From Poseidonia sp. (lineage in GTDB: Archaea; Thermoplasmatota; Poseidoniia; Poseidoniales; Poseidoniaceae): DNA of 64,000 bases. A program made the translations under genes and the position numbers. Each line of letters begins with the position of its first letter. Position 1 is the first letter of the stretch. Below the pieces are notes generated by a model. The model made no database searches, had not been told where the DNA came from, and was given only the letters and a program-made list of their open reading frames with translations. Shown here piece by piece: positions 36,213 to 44,906 of this stretch. The stretch lies in NCBI GenBank assembly GCA_030829545.1, contig JAURAI010000005.1:12088-76087 (forward strand). Reading direction: 5' to 3'.

Positions 36213-36344
36213 TCAAAGCAAGGGTTCGCCACATGAGGGGCAAGGCATACCTGGAATAAAGGCTCCAAGAAGAAAGCCACAGTGCGGGCAAATTGAAGTC
36301 AAAAATTCATCAACCATGTCCATCTTGAGGGTGAGGTCCATCAT
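36213..36344 (-). CDS. Small four-Cys zinc-ribbon protein (43 aa), not in the supplied ORF track
   Basis: Hand translation: MMDLTLKMDMVDEFLTSICPHCGFLLGAFIPGMPCPSCGEPLL*. Its ATG overlaps the upstream HAD stop (TGATG). Its stop abuts the asnS stop (TGATCA). It fills the gap exactly. Confidence 0.5.
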   Translation of the reverse strand: MMDLTLKMDMVDEFLTSICPHCGFLLGAFIPGMPCPSCGEPLL

Positions 36345-37105
36345 CAAGGTTTGGGAAGTGAAAAACGCTCACAAATGAGATTTAGAACAATGTTGAGGTC
36401 TTTTTCTTCAATGATATGGTGAGCATGTTCTTTGGGACGGTCGTCCCAAGGATTGAACAAGATAGCACATCCACTCTCGTTGAACATGCCAATATCACCG
36501 GCTGAATCGCCAACAGACGCGGTATGCTCTTTGGATACACCCAATCGACGTTGAAGCATCTTGACCACAGAACCCTTGCCGTCCATTTGCACCTGATAGC
36601 GCCCATAGTCACCAATTGTATGTTCTCCTGAACTCAAAGGCCTGTCTCTGAGCCAGCCGTTGGTGAACACGTGAAGTTGCGTGTCATAGCCCCCTGCTTG
36701 CTCAGACGCTGTGTGTCGGTCGATGCCGCCCCAACGTCGTCGCCAGAGATGTTTGGAAGGAAATTGTGCAGCAATGTCACGTGCTGTCTTTTGTAAGCCG
36801 CCACTTACTATGGCGACGTGAACCCCTTGTTCAAGAAGGTGGCCAATGAGACCTCGCCATCCAAGCATCATTGGCATTCCGTCCATTACCGAACGAAGAT
36901 GCTCGTCTGTAATAGGTTCGGAGCGAGAAGATTTGATGAGGGCGAGGTCCAGCTTAATCCAGTCCCATTCGTCTAACAATCCCTGGTTGTAGAGTTCAAA
37001 GGATTCATCGTTGGAGATACCAAGTTGGTCGTAAACAAATTGCCACGTCGACAGATGGTCAACCAATACACGGTCCATATACAAACATACGAGATACCCA
37101 GTCAT
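36344..37105 (-). CDS. HAD-superfamily hydrolase (phosphoserine-phosphatase-like subfamily)
   Basis: Contains IVSGGL and VGDSAGD (HAD motifs III/IV). The N-terminal motif is degenerate (LYMDRVLVD), so substrate and activity are uncertain. Confidence 0.55.
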   Translation of the reverse strand: MTGYLVCLYMDRVLVDHLSTWQFVYDQLGISNDESFELYNQGLLDEWDWIKLDLALIKSSRSEPITDEHLRSVMDGMPMMLGWRGLIGHLLEQGVHVAIVSGGLQKTARDIAAQFPSKHLWRRRWGGIDRHTASEQAGGYDTQLHVFTNGWLRDRPLSSGEHTIGDYGRYQVQMDGKGSVVKMLQRRLGVSKEHTASVGDSAGDIGMFNESGCAILFNPWDDRPKEHAHHIIEEKDLNIVLNLICERFSLPKP

Positions 37106-37128
37106 GTTTTTACCTTCCTTGAAGACCC

Positions 37129-37980
37129 TTAACCTTGTTTGGGCCAGTTGTATTGGGATTGAATGCGTTCGACCTGTTTGCCCATGATGTACAAGATCAC
37201 GGCGACCATCATTGCAAAGAGGCCGATGAGCGTCATCGCAACCGTGGCCAAGGTCACACCGATGGATGTTGAATTTAATTCGGTAAACATCGTAGCAAGG
37301 TCACCCGAAAGGCGGTAGCCAAGAACGAAGAGGACGACTCCTGGAATGCCAAATAACAACAGCGGATGTTTGGATTCAAGCATCCAATAAAACAATTGGG
37401 CAAATCGAGATGCTGTCGCCAGTGATTCCCTTTGTGGGAGTTGAATGGGTTGGTCCGCTATTACAAAACGAGCCCTCATTCCATCTGGGATTTCTTTTGG
37501 TGTTGCCAAAGGGGACAGAGAGGCCATTGCAGAACAGCCATCTTCACTGAGAATCAAATGCTGGATCTCTGTTTGAGAAAGTACCACTGAATCCTCATCA
37601 GCATCTGATGTCGCAACATCTCTGTATGTAAAGTGAATATCCCACGGTTCACGGGCTCGGTTAACACTGAGAGGGAGTTCTGATAGTTTGAGGGAGTTAT
37701 TCACTGGAAGAATGAGGGTTTTGCCTTCAGATTCAGATTCCTTGAGCAGGTAGGTGCAAATGTCTTGGGCGATGATCTCTCCCGTGTAATGATAGACCTC
37801 ACAATCGACCTCTTGAGCAAGTTCAACGGTCTCATCGTTGGAACCAGTATCAATGAAAATGACTCGATGGGCTGCCTCACGAGCACGCACAATAAGGGAT
37901 ACAATGCGCAACTCAATGTCACGTCCAACCAAAACCAATCGGTCAAGAGAGCCATTCACAGTGTCGGCTATCCAGTCCAA
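37129..37980 (-). CDS. GT2-like membrane protein (divergent glycosyltransferase fold)
   Basis: The N-terminal VIFIDTGSNDETVELAQE resembles the GT2 nucleotide-binding region but lacks a clear NE/DxD. It has C-terminal TM helices and is divergently paired with a canonical GT2. Confidence 0.4.
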   Translation of the reverse strand: MDWIADTVNGSLDRLVLVGRDIELRIVSLIVRAREAAHRVIFIDTGSNDETVELAQEVDCEVYHYTGEIIAQDICTYLLKESESEGKTLILPVNNSLKLSELPLSVNRAREPWDIHFTYRDVATSDADEDSVVLSQTEIQHLILSEDGCSAMASLSPLATPKEIPDGMRARFVIADQPIQLPQRESLATASRFAQLFYWMLESKHPLLLFGIPGVVLFVLGYRLSGDLATMFTELNSTSIGVTLATVAMTLIGLFAMMVAVILYIMGKQVERIQSQYNWPKQG

Positions 37981-38060
37981 CCTATCAATTCTCTTCTCGC
38001 TTCATTGGATAACATGCGCTTTTCGGGTAGGTTCTTGAAAGCCAGTTGACTGGCCTGATC

Positions 38061-38990
38061 ATGCTGGACGACCATCACATTGCGGTGGTCGTTCCGGCAC
38101 GCAATGAAGATGAACACATCGCCAAGGTGATTGAAACACTGCCCGACTTTGTTGATTTGGTGGTCGTCGTCGATGATGGCTCAGAGGACCAAACGAGGCA
38201 AAGGGCTCAAGAGGCATCATCACCTTGCAAACTTGTGATTCTCGAGAATGGAGGCAAAGGTGTGGGCTCTGCGATCGATTGTGGCCATCAATACGTGCTT
38301 GAACACCTCACAAAGCCCTTTGTTAGTGCTGTCATGGCTGGTGACGGACAAATGAATCCAGACGACCTCATGTCCGTTGTTGAACCGATTCTCACCGGAC
38401 ATGCCGACCATGTCAAAGGCAATCGAAAAGCACACGAAGATGGTTACAACCTCATGCCTCCTGCTCGAAAGAGAGCTTCAACCATCCTCGGGTTGTTCAC
38501 GACGCTCGCGTCTGGTCAGCCAGTTGAAGACCCACAGTGTGGGTTCACAGCGACGAGTTCACTGGTTCTTGAGTCATGGGATTGGAATCGTTCATGGAAA
38601 GGATATGGATATCCAAATTATTGGATCATCAATCTGTCTCGCCATGGTTGGAGAATCGCTCACATCCCCGTAGAGTCAATTTACAAGAATGAGGAGTCTG
38701 GTATCAAAGCAGTGCCCTTCTTTGCAAGAGTTGGCATCATGATGGCCATCGAACATCATCGCAGAAACCTCGCATGGTTGAAGCCCCGGAATCTAACGCC
38801 GCATACGCTTTTCGCATTGTTGGCCTATTGCCTAGGTTGGTCGGCTTTTTTGCCAATGCTGAGCAATGATTTGGAAGATGAATTGATGTCCAGGGGTGTA
38901 CCAATGGCACTTGTTGGCCTCTTCTTTTGGTACATGGCGCACATTTTTGACAGAATGGCCGTTCGTATGCACAGGGAGTTGCGGTCATGA
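38061..38990 (+). CDS. Family 2 glycosyltransferase with C-terminal TM helices
   Basis: Contains IAVVVPARNEDEHIAKVIETL...VVVVDDGSEDQT...AGDGQMNPDD. I prefer the ATG at 38061 over the TTG at 38046. Confidence 0.75.
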   Translation: MLDDHHIAVVVPARNEDEHIAKVIETLPDFVDLVVVVDDGSEDQTRQRAQEASSPCKLVILENGGKGVGSAIDCGHQYVLEHLTKPFVSAVMAGDGQMNPDDLMSVVEPILTGHADHVKGNRKAHEDGYNLMPPARKRASTILGLFTTLASGQPVEDPQCGFTATSSLVLESWDWNRSWKGYGYPNYWIINLSRHGWRIAHIPVESIYKNEESGIKAVPFFARVGIMMAIEHHRRNLAWLKPRNLTPHTLFALLAYCLGWSAFLPMLSNDLEDELMSRGVPMALVGLFFWYMAHIFDRMAVRMHRELRS

Positions 38991-39316
38991 GACGACTGGA
39001 CAGACGGAGAAAACCTCGTAAGGCTCATGTTCGTCATATTTTGGTAACTGGAAAACCAGAGGCAAAAATGATTCTCGAAGCCATTCAAACGGCTAAAAAA
39101 CCTCTCAAGGTCTTCCGTAAGATGGCGAAGAAGTATTCTAACTGCCCCAGCGGAAGCAAAGGTGGTGACCTCGGTGAATTCATTGAGGGACAAATGGTTC
39201 AAGATTTTGAAGAGGCAGTTTGGGCATCAGAACTTGAAACGGTACCCGAATCATTCATCAAGACACAGTTCGGATTCCACATTTTGTGGGTGCACAGCAA
39301 GGGCCAGCTCGAGTAA
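38987..39316 (+). CDS. Parvulin-type peptidyl-prolyl cis-trans isomerase
   Basis: Contains HVRHILV...FRKMAKKYSNCPSGSKGGDLGEF...FGFHILWV (PpiC/rotamase pattern). Its ATG overlaps the GT2 stop (ATGA). Confidence 0.8.
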   Translation: MRRLDRRRKPRKAHVRHILVTGKPEAKMILEAIQTAKKPLKVFRKMAKKYSNCPSGSKGGDLGEFIEGQMVQDFEEAVWASELETVPESFIKTQFGFHILWVHSKGQLE

Positions 39317-39317
39317 G

Positions 39318-39395
39318 TGGTGGGCGTACCAAGATTTGAACTTGGGTCCAAGCGTCCCAAACGCCCGAGTATAGGCCAAACTAACCCATACGCCC
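39318..39395 (-). tRNA. tRNA-Pro (anticodon UGG), CCA encoded
   Basis: Folded by hand on the minus strand. Acceptor GGGCGTA/TACGCCC, anticodon stem GGGCG/CGCTT with loop TTTGGGA, T arm CCAAG-TTCAAAT-CTTGG, discriminator A, then CCA. The D stem has one mismatch. Confidence 0.85.
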
Positions 39396-39429
39396 GTTGT
39401 CTTCTGCCATGAGGTCTTACCTATGAACT

Positions 39430-39870
39430 TCACTCAAAGAATTGCCAGTGTCCATCGTCCAGTCGCAGTACAAAACCCTCACTCTCCGCCCGCTCCATGA
39501 GGTCATCGACAGAGATGTCAGAGTGGTGCTGTTGAAGAGCGAGAAGGACGCTCATGCGATCAATAACACCGTTTTCATCAGCCTTTTTCCGGAGATAAGC
39601 CATTAATGCTCTCGGAGAGAATTCTTCAGTTCCTTCAAATGAGCGGTTCGCCTTCTCTAATTTCTCACGGAGTGAGGCTCTAAGTCCCTCGGGAGTATTC
39701 GCCAGAGCAACTTCGATATGGAGTTGAGGTGCTGAGGTTACTTCGCAAAGCACTTCGGAGTCACGTGGAAGGCTTTGACCACAATGGGGGCACCGCCCCG
39801 TCAAGGAACGATGACCAAAACACTGTTGGCATTGGGGGCAACGTATGACAAGCCATCGTTGTTCAGACAT
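39430..39870 (-). CDS. Zinc-ribbon protein with helical C-terminal domain, function unknown
   Basis: N-terminal CPQCQQCFGHRSLTGRCPHCGQ followed by a roughly 100-aa helical domain. It lies 14 nt downstream of the PvlArgDC-like gene. Confidence 0.5.
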   Translation of the reverse strand: MSEQRWLVIRCPQCQQCFGHRSLTGRCPHCGQSLPRDSEVLCEVTSAPQLHIEVALANTPEGLRASLREKLEKANRSFEGTEEFSPRALMAYLRKKADENGVIDRMSVLLALQQHHSDISVDDLMERAESEGFVLRLDDGHWQFFE

Positions 39871-39884
39871 GTACTTCCCCGTTC

Positions 39885-40568
39885 TCAGAGTGTGAAATCA
39901 TGATTGTTTTGAGGTTGCCCCGGACGGCGTGCGGGAGCGGCTGGAGCCTTGGTATCAACCCGTTTCTTTGGTTCTTCGGCCCGCCTGGTAAGCGAACCAC
40001 GAATGGGGCCTGTCTTTGTCCGAGCACCGAGTGAGAGAGATTCAGGAAGTATCAATGCAGCCACTGCGACACCATGGTGGTCTTGCCCGGCGGTGACTTC
40101 ATCAACTGCAACATCAAACTGCAATACTTCGAGGTCGCGACTTGCTAACCTTCGTTGTAGATTACGACGCAGTAGAAGCACAGTTTCTTCATAGTCCAAA
40201 TCCGTTGTGATGGTGGCGACAATAGCACACTCATCGCCTTCAGGGGTCGTGCATGATGCCCATGCAACACCAGCAGAAGCAGTTGAACCGTTCCACGCAT
40301 AAGCCGTTGCAAGATGGCATTCGACCAAGGACCCCATGGGAAGTGGGCGGGGGACGCTTGCACCGAATCCAAGTGGCAACATCGCCCCTTGTGCCTGAAT
40401 CAGACGTACATCGCCCAAGCCAAGTTCAACCAAGCCTTGGTCAAAGGCATCTTCTGCATTTTCACCCCAAGGTGCCACTGCAGTCATCAACCATCCCGGG
40501 CAATCGGGACCTTTCGAGCCTTGCATGGTGCAACACAAGCGCAACGGGTTCATGAATAACATGGTCAT
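39885..40568 (-). CDS. Pyruvoyl-dependent arginine decarboxylase (PvlArgDC) family homologue, probably non-canonical
   Basis: ...GENAEDAFDQGLVELGLGDVRLIQAQGAMLP...RPLPMGSLVE...GVAVAALIL aligns by eye with my recollection of M. jannaschii PvlArgDC. The Ser-Ser cleavage site is not conserved. It has a basic C-terminal tail. The start is 40568 or 40553. Confidence 0.55.
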   Translation of the reverse strand: MTMLFMNPLRLCCTMQGSKGPDCPGWLMTAVAPWGENAEDAFDQGLVELGLGDVRLIQAQGAMLPLGFGASVPRPLPMGSLVECHLATAYAWNGSTASAGVAWASCTTPEGDECAIVATITTDLDYEETVLLLRRNLQRRLASRDLEVLQFDVAVDEVTAGQDHHGVAVAALILPESLSLGARTKTGPIRGSLTRRAEEPKKRVDTKAPAAPARRPGQPQNNHDFTL

Positions 40569-40577
40569 GAGCCACTC

Positions 40578-40871
40578 ATGGCCAAAGCGACGCGGGGCAT
40601 CCTCATCGTGACGCTTTGTGGTGTGGTCATATTGGTTTTACTGACCCTCTTCCAGGATAGTGAGTTTACACTTGCATTGGTGATTGCGACGCTTTTTATC
40701 ACCGCTCTCGGAATCTTTTTGATGCTTCAAAATCCGACCACACAGCACGAACCTCGACACCTCGGAATGACCAACAACCAAACGAACAGCGGACGGGATG
40801 ACTCCCGATTGGCTTTGTCGACCGAAGACCTTCCAGACCCACTTGATTACGACCTTGACATCCCTTTGTAA
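40578..40871 (+). CDS. Small two-TM membrane protein, hypothetical
   Basis: Two hydrophobic helices (ILIVTLCGVVILVLLTLF and LALVIATLFITALGIFLML). Its stop abuts the aCPSF1 stop (TAATCA), matching the packing pattern of real genes here. Confidence 0.45.
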   Translation: MAKATRGILIVTLCGVVILVLLTLFQDSEFTLALVIATLFITALGIFLMLQNPTTQHEPRHLGMTNNQTNSGRDDSRLALSTEDLPDPLDYDLDIPL

Positions 40872-42782
40872 TCAAAACAGTCGGACTGTCTCAAGATTAC
40901 TGGGTGCATATGTCATACAACTGTACCGTTCACGCAGCGTGAGACCCAGTTCGTTGCATTTCTGATAATCTCCGTGATGACAGATGATGTTCTTGGGTGT
41001 CGGATTGATGCGATCGACGAAATCCAGTAGTTGACGGCGATCGGAGTGCCCCGAAAATCCATCGATGGTGACCATTTCACATCCAATTTTAACAATCTCA
41101 GTTTTACCGTTGATGAGCATGGGAACTTCACCGAATCCTTTCTGAAGACGGCGACCAAGTGTTCCTTCTGCTTGATAGCCAACAAAGCAAAGTGAATTTC
41201 GCTCTTCATGAGCCCAATTCTTGAAGTATTCCATCACAGGACCTCCATTGAGCATTCCGGAGGTGGCCAAAACAATACACGGGGAGGTATCCATGATGAT
41301 GCTCTCTCTGAGTTCCCGACCTTTGACTGGCCTGAACCATTCACTGGTGAAGGGATTTTCTCCATCGTCCTTAAGCAGAGATTTGCTCAAGCTCTTTGTG
41401 AGATAATTGGGGTGCGATGCGTGAATTGCTGTCGCTTCTTGAATCATCCCGTCAAGCCAGACAGGCACAGGTTTGACCGCTCCTGAACGGAACAATTCGT
41501 CAATGGCAATCATCACTTCTTGACTCCTTCCGACCGCAAAGACAGGACAGATCATTTTACCACCTCTCATCAAGGTACGTGATACGATGTCTTGGAGTTC
41601 TTGATTGGCTTCTTGACGGGACGGCTGGTAGTCTCCGGATGCTCCGTACGTGGATTCGATAACCAGTGTCTCCACTCGAGGGAAACGGGTGTTGGCCGCA
41701 TCAAAGAGCCATGATTTCTCGTACTTTTGGTCACCACTGAAAACGATGTTATGCCTTCCATCTGCGATGTTGAGGTGGACGGCAGATGAACCGAGAATGT
41801 GGCCTGCGTTCGAGAAGGTCAATTTCACATCGGGTGCGATGTCGGTGGTTGAATCCCAATCAACGTCAACAACGTGTTTCATGCACATTCTGATATCTTC
41901 CATGTCATAAGCAGAACGCTTGCCTTCTGCACCTCCAACTTTGAGGTAGTCGGTTTGCAAGAGCAGCATCAAGTCACGTGTGGGCGGAGTACAATAGACA
42001 GGACCTCTGTATCCGTACTTGAAGAGAACAGGCAACATTCCTGCGTGGTCAAGGTGGGAATGAGTGAGAACGACGGCGTCGAGTTTCTCGAGAGGCAGTG
42101 CTTCAGGCGCATTGAAAAACGGCATTGGGTCCGTATCAGATGCAATGTTAACACCAACATCGATCATGATTCTTGACTCATTCGTTGTGACGTAGTGGCA
42201 GGCACGCCCAACTTCTCGGTACGAACCTAAGGCAGTGACACGAGCCCACGATGAGCCCGGGCGTGTTGGCCTGTGAATGTTCAAGCCGAAGTCTTTGAGC
42301 AGTTTGCGTCGCTCGTCTGCAAAGGACTGACGGTACATTCGGATGTCGTGAACTGTTTTGGAGAACAATGGAGGGGTTCGTTCCACCTTGACGGACCAGC
42401 CCGTTTCGTCACGAATTTTTTTGTTGTTCTCTCCTTTTCTTCCGATGGCTTTTCCTGGATGTTGGCATTGAATGGTCACTTCACGATAGCAACCGTCGAA
42501 ATACATCTCCGAAACTTCTGCTTCTTGTGGAAGAAGGTTTTCAATGAATTCCTTCGCATCATCCATTGGCATCATTTTGTCAATAGGCGTCCTGAGAACT
42601 ATTTTTCGCTTGATACGGCGCGCTATTTTTCCAATTAGACCATCAGGGCCCGTGAAGGGACCCATTTGCGAGGTGATGATCGCGATGTTCCCCGCCTCAA
42701 GGTCGACGGTGTATTCGATATTTCGTGGAATAATCTTCTCGATTTCATCCTTCAGCTGCTTGTAAGTCATTTGCATTTTCAT
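40872..42782 (-). CDS. fttA: aCPSF1/FttA: KH-domain beta-CASP metallo-beta-lactamase ribonuclease
   Basis: 636 aa. N-terminal KH-like region (GKAIGRKGENNKKIRDETGW), the MBL motif LTHSHLDHAG, and beta-CASP blocks ending ...HHGD. Confidence 0.9.
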   Translation of the reverse strand: MKMQMTYKQLKDEIEKIIPRNIEYTVDLEAGNIAIITSQMGPFTGPDGLIGKIARRIKRKIVLRTPIDKMMPMDDAKEFIENLLPQEAEVSEMYFDGCYREVTIQCQHPGKAIGRKGENNKKIRDETGWSVKVERTPPLFSKTVHDIRMYRQSFADERRKLLKDFGLNIHRPTRPGSSWARVTALGSYREVGRACHYVTTNESRIMIDVGVNIASDTDPMPFFNAPEALPLEKLDAVVLTHSHLDHAGMLPVLFKYGYRGPVYCTPPTRDLMLLLQTDYLKVGGAEGKRSAYDMEDIRMCMKHVVDVDWDSTTDIAPDVKLTFSNAGHILGSSAVHLNIADGRHNIVFSGDQKYEKSWLFDAANTRFPRVETLVIESTYGASGDYQPSRQEANQELQDIVSRTLMRGGKMICPVFAVGRSQEVMIAIDELFRSGAVKPVPVWLDGMIQEATAIHASHPNYLTKSLSKSLLKDDGENPFTSEWFRPVKGRELRESIIMDTSPCIVLATSGMLNGGPVMEYFKNWAHEERNSLCFVGYQAEGTLGRRLQKGFGEVPMLINGKTEIVKIGCEMVTIDGFSGHSDRRQLLDFVDRINPTPKNIICHHGDYQKCNELGLTLRERYSCMTYAPSNLETVRLF

Positions 42783-42861
42783 TCACCTAAGGTGACCCGC
42801 AGTCAACGTTGACCACATAGCGCAAGGTGCGCAGTGCGGCGAAGAACCGCGGGAATTGTAT

Positions 42862-43482
42862 TCACTTGAGGAGATTTGCAATCTCGTCTTGTGAGAGTTG
42901 TACATAGCCAGAACTTGGGGTGATGACAGCCAAATCCATGCCGTTACCGGATGCCGCATCACGTTGGCCGGATGCATGTAGCGCTCGCGCTGCCAATTTT
43001 AATGCCTCCGCCTGAGTCATGTTATCTTTGAAACCATCTTCGAGAACACCGTACATGTAGGGTGAACCTGAACCCGTGGCGCAATAAACGTCGGGAATGG
43101 ACCCTCCTGCAGAGTCAATTGAGTAAACGTGACCACCATCAGCGTCAACGCCAACAATAAGCAATTGCACCCAGTGAGGGCGTCCAGAGAGAATGTTTGC
43201 AGTGAGGGTAGCGGCTCCTTTCACCGTCATCGATTGTTGGCGACGGAGTTCAAAGAGTGCGACTTCTGCTGTCAGTGTGCGTGAAAGAGACTGTGCGTGA
43301 CCGACGAGACCTGCGGTAGTGAGGGCAAGATTATTACCGATTTTAAACAGCTTTTGGACACTTTTGTTTGCAATAAAGTGGCCCATGGTTGCACGATGGT
43401 CCGCTCCAACAACGACACCACCCTTGAAGGTAATACCGATGGTGCTGGTTCCAGTTTTCAAGACGCCCTGTTGCTCTGACAT
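42862..43482 (-). CDS. psmB: Proteasome subunit beta
   Basis: Propeptide MSEQQGVLKTG followed by TSTIGITFKGGVVVGADHRAT (N-terminal Thr nucleophile context) and ...GSGSPY.... Confidence 0.9.
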   Translation of the reverse strand: MSEQQGVLKTGTSTIGITFKGGVVVGADHRATMGHFIANKSVQKLFKIGNNLALTTAGLVGHAQSLSRTLTAEVALFELRRQQSMTVKGAATLTANILSGRPHWVQLLIVGVDADGGHVYSIDSAGGSIPDVYCATGSGSPYMYGVLEDGFKDNMTQAEALKLAARALHASGQRDAASGNGMDLAVITPSSGYVQLSQDEIANLLK

Positions 43483-43650
43483 GGTATCTTCTCTGCGACG
43501 ACACTTCTTGAACCTTGAGGCACTTTGGCATCAACCGTACGATTCAGAGGCCAGGATGATGTGTCCGCTGAGTGGATGAACACAACGAACATCACTTCTA
43601 TCACGTTAGTGGAGGGGAGGCTTGATGAAGCCTCGCTTTGTTGCACTGAC

Positions 43651-44265
43651 ATGCGCAGGAAAAAACGGCGAGAGCCTGATGAGGCTCAGTCCTCCCTCGA
43701 CCGTTTCTCTGGCGCCCCACCGTCACCAACGCCACCGGAAGAACAGGTCCCCTCCATGCCCGACTTGGACCTTCTAGAGGCTGCAGAAGCGAGGTTGGAT
43801 ACACCTCCAAGCGAGAACGTCAATGCGGTCCAAGATGACGAGGGGGCTTTGAGGCAGTTTGAGATGCCAAGCAACCGCCGCGAGGTACGTGCCAAACCTG
43901 CATCGAGCACACTGCACTATCATGACCTCGGCGTATTGTACCCAAATGCACCCGTCCCATCACATGAAGGAGGCATGGTCCTTCACAATTCGACACTTCA
44001 CGACCTCACTGGATGTTCGACCCTCATGAACTGGGTGGCAGACGGACATGCGTGCATCGTAGAAATGAAGCGAATGATGCAACGGACCACGGAGTTCAAT
44101 CAGGCACTCAGCACTCTTCATGCATTTGTCGAAGGCGATGCTCAAGGCCAAATCATACGAATCACAGATACTCGTCTGATGCTGCTTCCACAAGGTTGCC
44201 GTGGCCTTCGTGGAACCGAGATGGAAGGTTTCACGGCCGATCAAAGCGATTTCTCGGAGGTATAG
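43651..44265 (+). CDS. sepF: SepF-like cell division protein
   Basis: The C-terminal domain ...LTGCSTLMNWVADGHACIVEMKRMMQRTTEFNQALSTLHAFVEGDAQGQIIRITDTRLMLLP fits the SepF/DUF552 pattern after a disordered Pro/acidic linker. The start is uncertain. Confidence 0.55.
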   Translation: MRRKKRREPDEAQSSLDRFSGAPPSPTPPEEQVPSMPDLDLLEAAEARLDTPPSENVNAVQDDEGALRQFEMPSNRREVRAKPASSTLHYHDLGVLYPNAPVPSHEGGMVLHNSTLHDLTGCSTLMNWVADGHACIVEMKRMMQRTTEFNQALSTLHAFVEGDAQGQIIRITDTRLMLLPQGCRGLRGTEMEGFTADQSDFSEV

Positions 44266-44267
44266 CC

Positions 44268-44906
44268 GTGAATGAGCAGGACCTGGATTTTCCCTGCCCG
44301 ATATGTTCATCCACGGGACAGGTCAAGATGATCACCCATATTGATGAAATCCCCTATTTTGGAGAACACACACAATTAACATTGATGTGCAATGATTGCG
44401 GATGGACGCAAACTGATTTCATTCCAGCAGAAGGAAAAAAGGCAGGTGGTTGGACACTCCTCATCGACGAACCAAGCAAACTCCAAGCCCGAGTCGTGCG
44501 ATCTTCTTCCTGTACGGTCGTGATTCCTGAACTTGACCTCCAGGTGAATCCTGGAAGCAGTTCGACCGGATACGTTTCAAACGTTGAGGGAGTAATGCTT
44601 CGCTTTCATGAGATCATAGCAATGGTTCAGCGAGACATCATGGCCCGTCTTGAAGAAGGAAAAGAAGAGGAGGGGCTGCTTGAAGAACAACTCCAGACGC
44701 TTGTCAATTTGACGCTGCGGCTCCACTCGTTGCACGAAGAAGGTGCCAACCCCCTCACCTTGGAGCTTTTGGACCCGCACGGCCATTCAATGATTCTCCA
44801 CGAAGATGCGGTTGAGCGTCCCTTGAGTGAAGAAGAACTTGAGAAGTTACCCGTTGGCCCCGACCCTGCTGTCTTTTCAACAGATGAGGTCGACGGTTCA
44901 CCGTGA
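44268..44906 (+). CDS. ZPR1-type zinc-finger protein
   Basis: The GTG at 44268 lies 7 nt after GGAGG. Contains CPICSSTGQVKMITHIDEIPYFGEHTQLTLMCNDCGW and then the ZPR1 beta-domain (LQARVVRSSSCTVVIPELDL). Confidence 0.75.
   Translation: MNEQDLDFPCPICSSTGQVKMITHIDEIPYFGEHTQLTLMCNDCGWTQTDFIPAEGKKAGGWTLLIDEPSKLQARVVRSSSCTVVIPELDLQVNPGSSSTGYVSNVEGVMLRFHEIIAMVQRDIMARLEEGKEEEGLLEEQLQTLVNLTLRLHSLHEEGANPLTLELLDPHGHSMILHEDAVERPLSEEELEKLPVGPDPAVFSTDEVDGSP

Noticed and set aside
43625-43777. 50-codon alternative-frame ORF starting 4 nt after a strong GGAGGGGAGG, overlapping the start of sepF
   Set aside because: Its translation (MKPRFVALTCAGKNGESLMRLSPPSTVSLAPHRHQRHRKNRSPPCPTWTF) is basic and Pro/His-rich with no motif. 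The other frame runs into the conserved SepF C-terminal domain. I cannot fully exclude an upstream start or a frameshift, so the sepF start remains uncertain.
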